Shown piece after piece: positions 34,815-43,407 of a DNA stretch of 64,000 bases. Location of the stretch: assembly GCA_016180575.1 (NCBI GenBank), contig JACPAY010000003.1:42154-106153 (forward strand). The letters are read 5' to 3'. Positions within the stretch are counted from its first letter, which is position 1. Every line of letters begins with the position of its first letter. The DNA is from Candidatus Omnitrophota bacterium (GTDB lineage: Bacteria > Omnitrophota > Gorgyraeia > Aquiviventales > Aquiviventaceae). The notes under the pieces are model-generated. The model saw only the letters and a program-made list of their open reading frames with translations. It had not been told where the DNA came from and ran no database searches. A program made the translations under genes and the position numbers.

Positions 34815-37800
34815 CTATTCCGACGCCTTCCACATCTGCTGGTAGAGCCGGTAGCTGGACCGCAGCTGGCGCAGGAAGGGGCTGGCGCTCCCGTCGCCCT
34901 GGCCCACCAGGCCCAGCCACTCCTCGAACATGTGCCCGCCAGGGAACGGCCCGGGCCAGTTGTACACCGTCTCCTGCACCGTCGGCAAAAACCGCGGGGG
35001 CTGGCCGGCCTTCCACCACTCATCCGACCACTCGAACACCGTGCCCCCGATCGCGTTGCCGACGCCCCGCCCGGCCATGTTGTCCGCGAGGTCCACCCAG
35101 CTCCCCAGATGATAGAGGGCCTGGCCGCGCTCCGCAACCTCGCGCGGCTGCCCGAGCTGATAGGCGGGGCAGCCGAACTCCGTCACGAGGACCGGCCGAT
35201 CGAGCGTCCGCTTGACCGCCTCGAAGAACGAGCGCCCGAACCCGTGCCAGCCGCGGTACATGTTCGCCCCGAAGATGTCGATCGCGGGCGCCTGCGCGGC
35301 GATGCGGTCCAGGAACAGCCATTCGCCGTTCCCGATGGCGACGGGATGGTCCGGGTCCTCCCGATGGATCCACCTCGCCAGCTCGTTGATGAACCGGTAG
35401 AATTCGTCCGGGTGCTGCCCCGCGTTCCCCACCCCGCCGACGATGCCGTGGACCCCCCCGTAGTTGTTCTCGTTGCCCAGCACCCACATCAGGAGGTAGG
35501 GCTCGTCCTTGTAGTCGCGGACCATCCGCTTGACGCCCTCGAACATGCGCTTGCGCTGCGCCGGGTCGAGGTAGTCGGTCCCCTCCTCCCATTTCGCGCC
35601 CGAGCCGACGGTGTACATCCCCACGAAGTCGCCCATCATGACCATGAAGCCGTGCTCCTGGTGGAGCCTGCGCAGGAGCGGCTTGGCCGCCTTGGGGTCG
35701 TGGTTTGTGTGGAAGAGCCGCAGGGTGTTGACCCCCATGTCCCGGATGAGGGCAAAGTCGCCCACGACGGGCTCGTCCGGCTCCTGCCGGTCGTTCCGGT
35801 TGGCATCCACGAACGTCTCGAGCACGTCCAGCTGGCCGCTGCCGTTCCGGTCCGCGCTCACCCAGTCCTTCATCGTGCCCTCATCGGGCGTCTCGCCGAC
35901 CGCGCTGGGAAGATAGGTCAGCCCGCGGACCGTCCAGGGGCGGCCGTCCACGCGCAGCTGCCAGTGGCCGTTCGCCAATTGGGCCGCGTGGACCCGGCCC
36001 CGCCCGATGGTCCGCTTCACGGGCAGCGACGACACCTCGGCGGTGGGCGGATTGACCGCATCAGGCGCCACGCTGACGAGGCGCCCGGGATTCACCAGGA
36101 AGACGTCGTTGTCGAGGTTGTTGTCGAAGCCATGCTGGATGACGATGCTGGCCCCCTCCAGGCGCAGCCCGAGCTCCGGATGGAGCCGCGCGAGCGCCTC
36201 GATCTTGTCGCGGGCGACGACCCCGACATACCAGGGAGTGGGAGGGTCGAACGCCGTCCAGCCGATAGACGTCGGGAAGTGAATGAGAACCGCATAGTAC
36301 GCCTTGACCGCCTGGTGCAGGAGGCCGGCGCGCTCCAGCGTCAAGCCGACAAAGAACTGTTTGACCCCGGGCTCCTCATCCGTGTCCGCCCACTTGAAGA
36401 ACGCAAGCTGGGGATCCTCATGCCAGGTGAAGTCCCAATGGCTGCCCTCCAGCTTCCCTGACCGCTTGGCCGCCTCGTACACCGAATCCCGCAGCAGGCC
36501 GCCTTCATTGGGATACACGCCCTCCCCCACAGCCGCCGCCAGGCCTTCCCAGTCCCGCACCTCATAGCGGTAGGCGGGGGTGCCCGCGCCCTCGAAGCTG
36601 CCGTACCGGCCGTAGTCCACCACCGGCTCGGTCCCAGGGGCGGCGAGCTGGAAGGCCGGCTTCGGCGGGTGCAGGCCGGCGCTCAGCTCCGCCGGAAGGC
36701 CGGCTTCCCAGATGGACGGATGGTGGCGCAGCGCGGCGACCTGGCGCACCGACACGGCGACCTCGGCCCCTGCGCGGCGCGCGGGGATGGCCGGATCGAT
36801 GGGCGTCGCCGCCGACAGCAGGAGCAGCCCTGGCTCGTGGACCAGGTAGGTGCCCTCGACGCGGCCGTCGGCGTCCGTCGTCTTGGTCTGCGTCAGGTTG
36901 GTGTTCGCCAGCGGCTCAATCACGGACCAGTAGACGGGGCGCTCCGGGAGGGGACGCCCGGCCGGATCCGTCACCGTGATGGTGTACCGGACCGATTCCA
37001 AGGCATGGTCCGCCTCGTATGAGACCCGATCGGTCGTCAGCGACGCCGTGGCCGGGATCGACCCCTCGCCCACCAGCACCGGCCGTTCCTGCCGCACCAC
37101 CAGCTGGTGCGCGGCATCGTAGGCCTCAAGCGTCAGCCCGTGCTCGGCCGAGGCCCCGTTCGGTCCGGTCGGCACCAGGACCTTCCACCAGTGCCGGTTC
37201 ACCTTGACGGCCGCTTGCCACTTCCCCTTATCGAGCCGGGCCCGCACCTGGGTGACCGCCGGCGTCGCATACACGGCCACCGGGATCTGCTGCCGGTACC
37301 ACCGGCCGCTCACCGGGCTGAGCAGGATCGCCTGGTTGTAGGTCTTCAGGGCGTCATGCGCCGGGCGGGCGGCGCCGTCCACGCGGTCCGATGCGGTGAA
37401 CTCGACGAGGCCAAACCACTCCTCCGGATCATTGTCCTCGTGCGTCTCCTCATCGCCCGCGGAGTCGCCCTGTTTCCACCACTCGTCGTTCCACTCAAAG
37501 ATGACGCCGCCCTGCGCCCCGCCCTGGAACAGCGCATCCCAGAGCTTCAGGAGCTCCGCCCGGCGCGTCTCGCGGCTCAGCCCGCCGTAGCCCGCCTTGC
37601 TCCCGGCAACCGGCGAGACCGAGAGCCCCACTTCGCTGACGATGAGCGGCCTGCTCCGCGCCGCGGTGCGCTTGAGGTGCTCGACGTAGCTCCGGAACCC
37701 GAAGACATGCGAGACATTGGACGGCTCGTAGGGGTACAGGTTGAAGCAGATAACATCCCACGGGGAGGGGTCCAGGAACGCGAGGGTCGGCCAGTTGGCG

Positions 37801-38519
37801 TACGAGACGAGGCGCCCCGGACCGGTCTCGCGGACGGTCTGCGCGGCGCGGCGCAAGATGGCTTCGATCGCCGGCGCCCCCGTCTCGTAGACCCGCTCGG
37901 GCAGCAGCTCGTTCCCCACCAGGAAGGCCAGGATGTTCCCGTGCGTGTCGGCGCGCTCCACCTCGCGCCTGACGATCTCCACCACCGCCTCCTGGAACGC
38001 CTGGGAGGAATAGTTGCCCTGCCGCTCCACCCAGATCCCCTGCAGCACCATCAGGCCGTAGCGGTCCGCCAGCGCCAGCGCCTCGGGGCGGAGCGGCGAC
38101 CAGGTCCGGATGGTGTTGAACCCCGCTGCGGCGATCCGCTGGAAGTCGCGCTCCATCACCGCCAGGTCCACCTGGTCGCGCCACGGGACCTGGCCCGGGC
38201 GGTAGGGGGAGTAGCCGATGCCCTTCACGAGGAACGGCTCCCCGTCCACGTAGAACCATTGGCCGCGCACCTCGACGCGGCGGGCGCCGGCCTGCGGCTG
38301 GGGGGGCTTGGCGGGAGGGGCCGGGGCGGCTCGGGGGGCGGCGGGCTCAGGCTGGTCGCTGCGGCCGAGCGCCTCGCACGCAGACGGCGCCGGCAGGGCG
38401 AAAAGGAGGAACCCGATCAGGCACCGCGCGGCACGGAGGGCCAGATGTGCATCACCGGGCTCGCGCCCGACTTGCCGCAGGCCGCGAGCCCGGTGACTCA
38501 GTCGATCACCAATTCTCAC
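34815..38519 (-). CDS. Secreted 1234-aa glycoside hydrolase with two clan GH-A-like (beta/alpha)8 modules
   Basis: Each module has an NE acid/base context (FLVGNELL; WVLGNENN), a nucleophile context (LIVSEVGLS; VLVTEFGCP) and the motif FEW[NS]DEWWK. Beta-sandwich-like linker regions. GTG start at 38519 is uncertain. Confidence 0.75.
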   Translation of the reverse strand: MRIGDRLSHRARGLRQVGREPGDAHLALRAARCLIGFLLFALPAPSACEALGRSDQPEPAAPRAAPAPPAKPPQPQAGARRVEVRGQWFYVDGEPFLVKGIGYSPYRPGQVPWRDQVDLAVMERDFQRIAAAGFNTIRTWSPLRPEALALADRYGLMVLQGIWVERQGNYSSQAFQEAVVEIVRREVERADTHGNILAFLVGNELLPERVYETGAPAIEAILRRAAQTVRETGPGRLVSYANWPTLAFLDPSPWDVICFNLYPYEPSNVSHVFGFRSYVEHLKRTAARSRPLIVSEVGLSVSPVAGSKAGYGGLSRETRRAELLKLWDALFQGGAQGGVIFEWNDEWWKQGDSAGDEETHEDNDPEEWFGLVEFTASDRVDGAARPAHDALKTYNQAILLSPVSGRWYRQQIPVAVYATPAVTQVRARLDKGKWQAAVKVNRHWWKVLVPTGPNGASAEHGLTLEAYDAAHQLVVRQERPVLVGEGSIPATASLTTDRVSYEADHALESVRYTITVTDPAGRPLPERPVYWSVIEPLANTNLTQTKTTDADGRVEGTYLVHEPGLLLLSAATPIDPAIPARRAGAEVAVSVRQVAALRHHPSIWEAGLPAELSAGLHPPKPAFQLAAPGTEPVVDYGRYGSFEGAGTPAYRYEVRDWEGLAAAVGEGVYPNEGGLLRDSVYEAAKRSGKLEGSHWDFTWHEDPQLAFFKWADTDEEPGVKQFFVGLTLERAGLLHQAVKAYYAVLIHFPTSIGWTAFDPPTPWYVGVVARDKIEALARLHPELGLRLEGASIVIQHGFDNNLDNDVFLVNPGRLVSVAPDAVNPPTAEVSSLPVKRTIGRGRVHAAQLANGHWQLRVDGRPWTVRGLTYLPSAVGETPDEGTMKDWVSADRNGSGQLDVLETFVDANRNDRQEPDEPVVGDFALIRDMGVNTLRLFHTNHDPKAAKPLLRRLHQEHGFMVMMGDFVGMYTVGSGAKWEEGTDYLDPAQRKRMFEGVKRMVRDYKDEPYLLMWVLGNENNYGGVHGIVGGVGNAGQHPDEFYRFINELARWIHREDPDHPVAIGNGEWLFLDRIAAQAPAIDIFGANMYRGWHGFGRSFFEAVKRTLDRPVLVTEFGCPAYQLGQPREVAERGQALYHLGSWVDLADNMAGRGVGNAIGGTVFEWSDEWWKAGQPPRFLPTVQETVYNWPGPFPGGHMFEEWLGLVGQGDGSASPFLRQLRSSYRLYQQMWKASE

Positions 38520-38523
38520 GTCC

Positions 38524-39843
38524 TCAGCCCCCTGATTCCGCCAGAATCTTGTTCAACCGGCCACGGGCCCCCACCGCCACCTTCCAGAACCACCCCTTCG
38601 GGTCCCAGCACTGCGCGTAGCCGAAATCGCTGACGACCCGCTCAAAGGCCTCCTTGGCCTCCCCGAACCGCTTCTGGACCATGAGCGACTCGCCGAGGAT
38701 GAAGTAGCAGGTGGCGACGTCGTTGAGCGCCCAGTTGTCGAACGCCTTCTCCTTCGGGGCGAACGCCGTCAGCGAGGCCTGCTGCTTCTTGGCCTCCTCT
38801 TCGTAGAGCTCGATGCACTTCCGCGTGTACAGCTCGACCCCTTTGTGGTCCTTCGCGTCCAGCGCCTCCCAGGCCTTGGTGGTCAGCGTCTGCGAGGTGT
38901 AGTCGCCGAAGTCGTAGCTCGTCCCCAGGGTGTTGAGCTGGTCGCCGGCGCCCTTCGCCACCTTCCAGAACCATCCCTGCGGGTCCCAGCACTGCGCGAA
39001 GGAGAACTTCTCGACGACCGTGTTGAAGGCGGATTTGGCCTCCTCGAGCTTGCCTTGGGCCGCGTGGGCCTTGCCGAGGATGAAGTAGCAGGTGGCGACG
39101 TCGTTCAGCGCCCAGGAGTCGAACGCCTTCTCCTTGGGCGCGAAGTCGGTCAGCGAGGCCTGCTGCTCGACCGCCTTGGGCTCGTAGAGCTCGATGCATT
39201 TCTTCGTGTACAGCTCGACCCCCTTGTAGTCGCCGGCGTCGAGCGCTTCCCAGGCCTTCGTCGTCAGCGTCTGCGAGGTGTAGTCGCCGAAGTCGTAGCT
39301 CGTCCCGCTGATGGCCAGCTGGTCCTTCGCCCCCTCCGCCACCTTCCAGAACCACCCCTTCGGGTCCCAGCACTGCGCGTAGCCGAGCTTGTCGATGACG
39401 GTCTGGAACGCCGCCTGCGCGTCCTTGGCCTTCCCCTGGGCCGCGGAGGCCTTCCCCAGGATGAAGTAGCAGGTGGCGACGTCGTTCAGCGCCCAGTAGT
39501 TGAACGCCTTTTCTTTCGGCGCGAAGTCGGTCAGCGAGGCCTGCTGCTCGACCGCTTTCTTTTCATAGAGCGAGATGCACTTCTTCGTGTAGGCCTCGAC
39601 CGCGGCGTAGTCCTTCGCGTCCAGCGCCTGCCAGGCCTTGGTCGCCAGCGTCTCCGAGCTGAAGTCGCCGAAGTCGTACTCGCCGGTCGTCGCCGGCGGA
39701 ACGGCCTTCGCAGCCCCTTCGGGGGCTGCCGGCTTCTGCTGGGATGGCGCCCCGCGGGCGCCGACCTCCTGCTGAGCCGAGGCGGCCGTCCCCACCCCTC
39801 CCGCCACCATCCCGACCACCATGAGCCACTGCACCGTCTTCAT
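38524..39843 (-). CDS. Secreted protein of three near-identical 127-aa TPR-like repeats (function unknown)
   Basis: Signal peptide MKTVQWLMVVGMVAGGVGTAASA. Repeats start at YDFGD[FY] (residues 56, 183, 310). Each contains WALNDVATCYFILG and AQCWDPxGWFWKVA. A strong AAGGAGG lies upstream. Confidence 0.8.
   Translation of the reverse strand: MKTVQWLMVVGMVAGGVGTAASAQQEVGARGAPSQQKPAAPEGAAKAVPPATTGEYDFGDFSSETLATKAWQALDAKDYAAVEAYTKKCISLYEKKAVEQQASLTDFAPKEKAFNYWALNDVATCYFILGKASAAQGKAKDAQAAFQTVIDKLGYAQCWDPKGWFWKVAEGAKDQLAISGTSYDFGDYTSQTLTTKAWEALDAGDYKGVELYTKKCIELYEPKAVEQQASLTDFAPKEKAFDSWALNDVATCYFILGKAHAAQGKLEEAKSAFNTVVEKFSFAQCWDPQGWFWKVAKGAGDQLNTLGTSYDFGDYTSQTLTTKAWEALDAKDHKGVELYTRKCIELYEEEAKKQQASLTAFAPKEKAFDNWALNDVATCYFILGESLMVQKRFGEAKEAFERVVSDFGYAQCWDPKGWFWKVAVGARGRLNKILAESGG
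38536..39678. repeat. 3 x 381-bp in-frame tandem DNA repeat inside the CDS
   Basis: The marker string CTTCCAGAAC recurs at 38581, 38962 and 39343, an exact 381-bp period. Confidence 0.8.
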
Positions 39844-39881
39844 GCCGACCTCCTTGTTTGCTGTGATAGTATACCTGATAG

Positions 39882-40760
39882 CTACCCCTTCACGGCGCCT
39901 GCAGTGATGCCCTGGATGATGGTCCGCTGCATCACAAGATAAATGGCCACGATGGGCAGGATGGAGATGACCATGCCCGCCATGAGGAGCGGATACTCGG
40001 TCAGGTGCGCCCCATGGAAGGCCAACAGGCCCCGCTGGAGCGGCATCAGCTCATGCCGGGAAAACACCAGGTACGCCAGCAGGAACTCGTTCCACGCGGC
40101 GAGCGAGGTGAGCAGGGCGACGACGCCGAGCGCGGGCTTGGCCAGCGGCAGCATGATGTGGCAGAAGACGCCCAGCACCCCGCAGCCGTCCACCTCCGCC
40201 GACTCCTCCAACTCCTTTGGGATGCCGTCAAAGAACGGCTTCAGGATGAAGATCCCGAACGCCAGCCCCCCGTTGATCTGCGGCAGGATATAGCCGACGC
40301 GCGCCAGCCAATGGCCGCTGCCCTGGTCGATGAGGCCCATCTGGTTGAGGAGGATGTAGAGGGCGACGAAGGCGCCGGGGATGGGGATCAGCATGGTGGA
40401 GAGTAGGAGCTTGTAGAAGAAGCCGGAGCCTCGGAACGTGAACCGGGAGAACGCGTAGGCGGCCAGCGCCGAGCACGCCACGACGCCCGTGACGATCAGC
40501 GCGGTGTAGCCGAGCGAGTTCAGGAAATACAGGCCGAACCGCCCCTGGGTCCACGCCCGCGCGTAATTCTCCACGTGGGGCACGGCCGGGATCAGGCTGT
40601 AGTCCGTGAAGACGGTCCGCTGGGTCTTGAGGCTGGATGACACCATCCAGACGAGCGGGAACAGGCAGGTGGCCGCCACCGGCAGGCACACCAGGTGCCA
40701 GGCCGACTGGGCCGCCTGCTGCCGCAGCCGCTGGAGCGCAATGACGACGGTTCCCGTCAT
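39882..40760 (-). CDS. Carbohydrate ABC transporter permease (MalG-like)
   Basis: ATG 40760 (ATGA overlap). Six TM segments. EAA-type loop ELEESAEVDGCGVLGVFCHIMLPLAKPAL. Confidence 0.9.
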   Translation of the reverse strand: MTGTVVIALQRLRQQAAQSAWHLVCLPVAATCLFPLVWMVSSSLKTQRTVFTDYSLIPAVPHVENYARAWTQGRFGLYFLNSLGYTALIVTGVVACSALAAYAFSRFTFRGSGFFYKLLLSTMLIPIPGAFVALYILLNQMGLIDQGSGHWLARVGYILPQINGGLAFGIFILKPFFDGIPKELEESAEVDGCGVLGVFCHIMLPLAKPALGVVALLTSLAAWNEFLLAYLVFSRHELMPLQRGLLAFHGAHLTEYPLLMAGMVISILPIVAIYLVMQRTIIQGITAGAVKG

Positions 40761-41638
40761 CAGACCGCCCGCCGTTGGAAGCGCATCTGCACGAGGGAGA
40801 AGACGAGCAGGATGAGGCCGAAGACGATCCCCTGGGCGCAGGCGTAGCCGAAGCGCGAGGTGCCCAGCATGCTGTGGAAGATGCGGGTGATGGGCACCTC
40901 GGTGTGATAGCCGGGCCCGCCGCCGGTCGTGGCGATGATGAGCGCGAAGATCTGCATGGTGCCGAGGATCGTCAGGATGGAGACGACGACGCAGACCGGC
41001 ACGAGCAGTGGCAGGGTGATGTGCCGGAAGCGCAGCCACGCGCCGGCGCCGTCCACCCGGGCCGCTTCATAGAGCTGCTCCGGGATGGTCTGCAGCCCGG
41101 CGAGGAAGATGACGAACCCCCAGCCGAACCCCTTCCACATGTGGATGATGGCCACCGCCGTGAGGGCCGTGTTCCGATCGGCCAGCCACGCGCGGGCGAA
41201 GTCCGAGAGGCCCAGGTGCGTCAGCGCCTCGTTGAGGATGCCGAAGTTGCCGTCGTAGATCCAGAACCAGACGAGCCCTACCACGATCTCCGAGAGGATG
41301 GGCGGCAGGAAGAAGACGGTCCGGTAGAACGTCCCGCCCGCCAGGCGGCGGTTGACGGCGATGGCGAGCAGGAGCGCCAGCGCGTTCTGCAGCGTCAGGG
41401 CCAGGAGCGTGATATAGCCCGCCTGGCTGAACGAGGTCCAGAAGACCGGGTCATGCGCGAGGACGTTCCAGTAGTTCGAGAAGCCGACGAACGACTTCGC
41501 GAGGCTGATGCCGTCCCACTCAAAGAGGCTCGTGTGGGTGAGGAGGTAGAACGGGTACACGCTGAAGGTGAGGAAGAGGACCAACGCGGGCAGGAAGAAG
41601 AGGTAGGGGGCGATGGCCCGGCGCTCAGTCGACGACAT
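40760..41638 (-). CDS. Carbohydrate ABC transporter permease (MalF-like)
   Basis: MSSTERRAIAPYLFFLPALVLFLTFSVYPF. EAA-type loop QLYEAARVDGAGAWLRFRHITLPLLVP. Confidence 0.9.
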   Translation of the reverse strand: MSSTERRAIAPYLFFLPALVLFLTFSVYPFYLLTHTSLFEWDGISLAKSFVGFSNYWNVLAHDPVFWTSFSQAGYITLLALTLQNALALLLAIAVNRRLAGGTFYRTVFFLPPILSEIVVGLVWFWIYDGNFGILNEALTHLGLSDFARAWLADRNTALTAVAIIHMWKGFGWGFVIFLAGLQTIPEQLYEAARVDGAGAWLRFRHITLPLLVPVCVVVSILTILGTMQIFALIIATTGGGPGYHTEVPITRIFHSMLGTSRFGYACAQGIVFGLILLVFSLVQMRFQRRAV

Positions 41639-42965
41639 GCCCCTGCTCCTGGCGGGCCGCCCTGGCCGCCCGCTGGCGTGCTTCGTGCTGCTTCGTCTGC
41701 TGGACGCGCGCGGCCACCTCCTCGGGGGTCTGCTCGCCGATCAGGATCGACTGGATGCCCTTATCGAACGCCTCAATGACGGTGGACTCCTCCTGGACGC
41801 TGAAGAGCCGCGGGTGGACCGTCTGGTCCATGTCATCCGCGAAGGCAGCCAGCGGCCCCGGCAGGTCCGCAGCCGCCGCGCGGTTGGCCGGGATGTTCTG
41901 CGTGGCTTCGGTCAGGTAGCGCTGCTGGGGCTCGGCGGTGAGCCACGTGAGGAAGGCGATCGCCTCGTCGCGGCGCGGCGACTTGGCGTTCACGAAGAAG
42001 CTGGAGCCAGCACCTCCCCAGGTCACCATCGGGCGCTTCGGATCGGTCCGCGGCGGCATCACGACGCCGTATTCGAGATCCGGGTTCATGCTCTGGTACA
42101 CGTTCACGCCCCACGTCCCGTTGAACGTGAAGAGCGCCTGCCCGTTGGCGAAGAGCTGCTCGGCGCGCTTGTTCCCGATCGTCACGATCCCCTCGGCCAG
42201 CATCCCGCTGTCGCGCAGCTCGGCGAAGCGGCCAAGGACGCGGACCCAGTCCGGATCCGTATAGGGCACCTTGCCGCGGTAGGTTGCCTCCACCTTCTTC
42301 ACCCCCATCTCATGGATGGCGTAGTCGGTGGCGAAGCAGTCGATGAGCCACAGCTCGGCCCACCCGCTGACGAAGCCGATGAGCCGCTCGGCGGCGGCAC
42401 GCCGGCCGGCGTCCAGAAACGCCTCCCAGGTGTCGGGGGGCTGGTTGGGGTCGAACCCGAGCTTGGCCAGCAGCGGCTTGTTGTAGAAGAGCTGCACGTT
42501 CATGACGTCGAGCGGCACGCCGTAGATGCCCGGCGCGACGCCGTAGGGGTTCTCGCGCGCGAACGTGTTGACCTCCAGCGCCTTGGGGAAGAAGATCGAG
42601 CGCCAGGCGTTGCCGTTGGCGCTCATCGCCGCTTCCAGCGGCAGGACGTGCCCGGCGTTGATGAAGCTGGCCAGGTCGCGCAGCTCGCCCAGGACCCCGT
42701 AGACCTCCGGCAGGCCGTCGGTCTGCGCCGCGGCGCGGACCTTCTGGACGTAGATATCCGAGGGGGCGTAGAGCTCAAAGCGGACGCGCGTGCCGGTCTC
42801 CTGCTGGTAGCGCTTCGCCAGCTCGTCGAACGCCGCCTCGCGGTCCGTCATCCAGTGCCACACCCGCAGGGGCTGGGCGGCCAGCGCGGCCGGCTTGCCG
42901 CAGCCCGCCGCGCCGACCATCAGGGCGCTGCCGAACAGGGCGAGGAACCGTCTCGAGGCTTTCAT
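41625..42965 (-). CDS. Extracellular sugar-binding lipoprotein of ABC transporter (family 1 SBP)
   Basis: MKASRRFLALFGSALMVGAAGC lipoprotein signal. Length and composition are typical of sugar SBPs. Contiguous with the permeases. Confidence 0.88.
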   Translation of the reverse strand: MKASRRFLALFGSALMVGAAGCGKPAALAAQPLRVWHWMTDREAAFDELAKRYQQETGTRVRFELYAPSDIYVQKVRAAAQTDGLPEVYGVLGELRDLASFINAGHVLPLEAAMSANGNAWRSIFFPKALEVNTFARENPYGVAPGIYGVPLDVMNVQLFYNKPLLAKLGFDPNQPPDTWEAFLDAGRRAAAERLIGFVSGWAELWLIDCFATDYAIHEMGVKKVEATYRGKVPYTDPDWVRVLGRFAELRDSGMLAEGIVTIGNKRAEQLFANGQALFTFNGTWGVNVYQSMNPDLEYGVVMPPRTDPKRPMVTWGGAGSSFFVNAKSPRRDEAIAFLTWLTAEPQQRYLTEATQNIPANRAAAADLPGPLAAFADDMDQTVHPRLFSVQEESTVIEAFDKGIQSILIGEQTPEEVAARVQQTKQHEARQRAARAARQEQGHVVD

Positions 42966-42966
42966 C

Positions 42967-43350
42967 TCAGAGCTGGCTCGGAAAGGTGGTGAGCGCCGTC
43001 ACGTCTGGGCTGAACTCGAGGGCGACGCCGAAGCGCGGCTTGCCGCCGGCCGCGGGGGTTGGCTCCAGCGCCTGCACGCGGACGACGCGGCCGCGGCCCG
43101 CCAGGCGGGTGAACGGAAAATTGCGCCGCTCCGCCTCCGGGATGGCGATGGAGGCGAAGACGGCCTCGTTCACGGCGTAATCGGGACGCTCCGTCTCGAA
43201 GTAGGCGCCGGCGAGGCTGATATTCCCGACCGCGTGCTCCTCGCGGGACGCCGCGGGACGGCCCTCAGGGCGCCGGATGAGGATCGGCGCCTGCAGGCTC
43301 ACCCGCCTGCCCCGCCGCCGGTCGACCTGCCCCTCCCCCATCCTTCCCAT
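42967..43350 (-). CDS. PilZ-domain protein (putative c-di-GMP receptor)
   Basis: RRRGRRVSL matches the RxxxR motif and VGNISLAG matches the [DN]xSxxG motif, at the usual spacing. 127 aa. The stop lies 1 nt before the SBP start. Confidence 0.75.
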   Translation of the reverse strand: MGRMGEGQVDRRRGRRVSLQAPILIRRPEGRPAASREEHAVGNISLAGAYFETERPDYAVNEAVFASIAIPEAERRNFPFTRLAGRGRVVRVQALEPTPAAGGKPRFGVALEFSPDVTALTTFPSQL

Positions 43351-43379
43351 CCCCTTTCTCAGATGGCAGTTAGCATGTT

Positions 43380-43407
43380 AGTATAACCTAACTGGCGGCC
43401 CGGTCAA
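43380..43407 (-). promoter_or_regulatory. Candidate sigma70-type promoter for PilZ + ABC transporter (TTGACC-16-TATACT)
   Basis: Minus strand: TTGACC (43407..43402), a 16-nt spacer, TATACT (43385..43380), then AAGGGG before ATG 43350. Confidence 0.45.

Noticed and set aside
32454-36461. 1335-aa plus-strand ORF, the longest of many long plus-strand ORFs (others include 704..2776, 3027..4340, 8704..9762, 10014..11534, 11176..12999, 13558..15009, 21769..23346, 23766..26459, 28314..29951, 29669..31402, 37107..38633, 41613..42992, 45459..46559, 50430..51656, 53963..55651, 57563..58777, 60473..61963)
   Set aside because: All lie antisense to minus-strand genes with recognisable family motifs. Their translations are Arg/Pro/Gly/His/Ala-rich low-complexity strings without motifs. 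Stop codons are rare in any frame of GC-rich DNA. The minus-strand frames carry the high GC3 signal.
38536-39678. Tandem repeats (381-bp x3; heptamer arrays at 17623..17698 and 21765..21839) as CRISPR arrays
   Set aside because: The 381-bp repeats are in-frame coding repeats with no unique spacers. The heptamer arrays are the two arms of a hairpin, about 75 bp in total. No cas genes are present.
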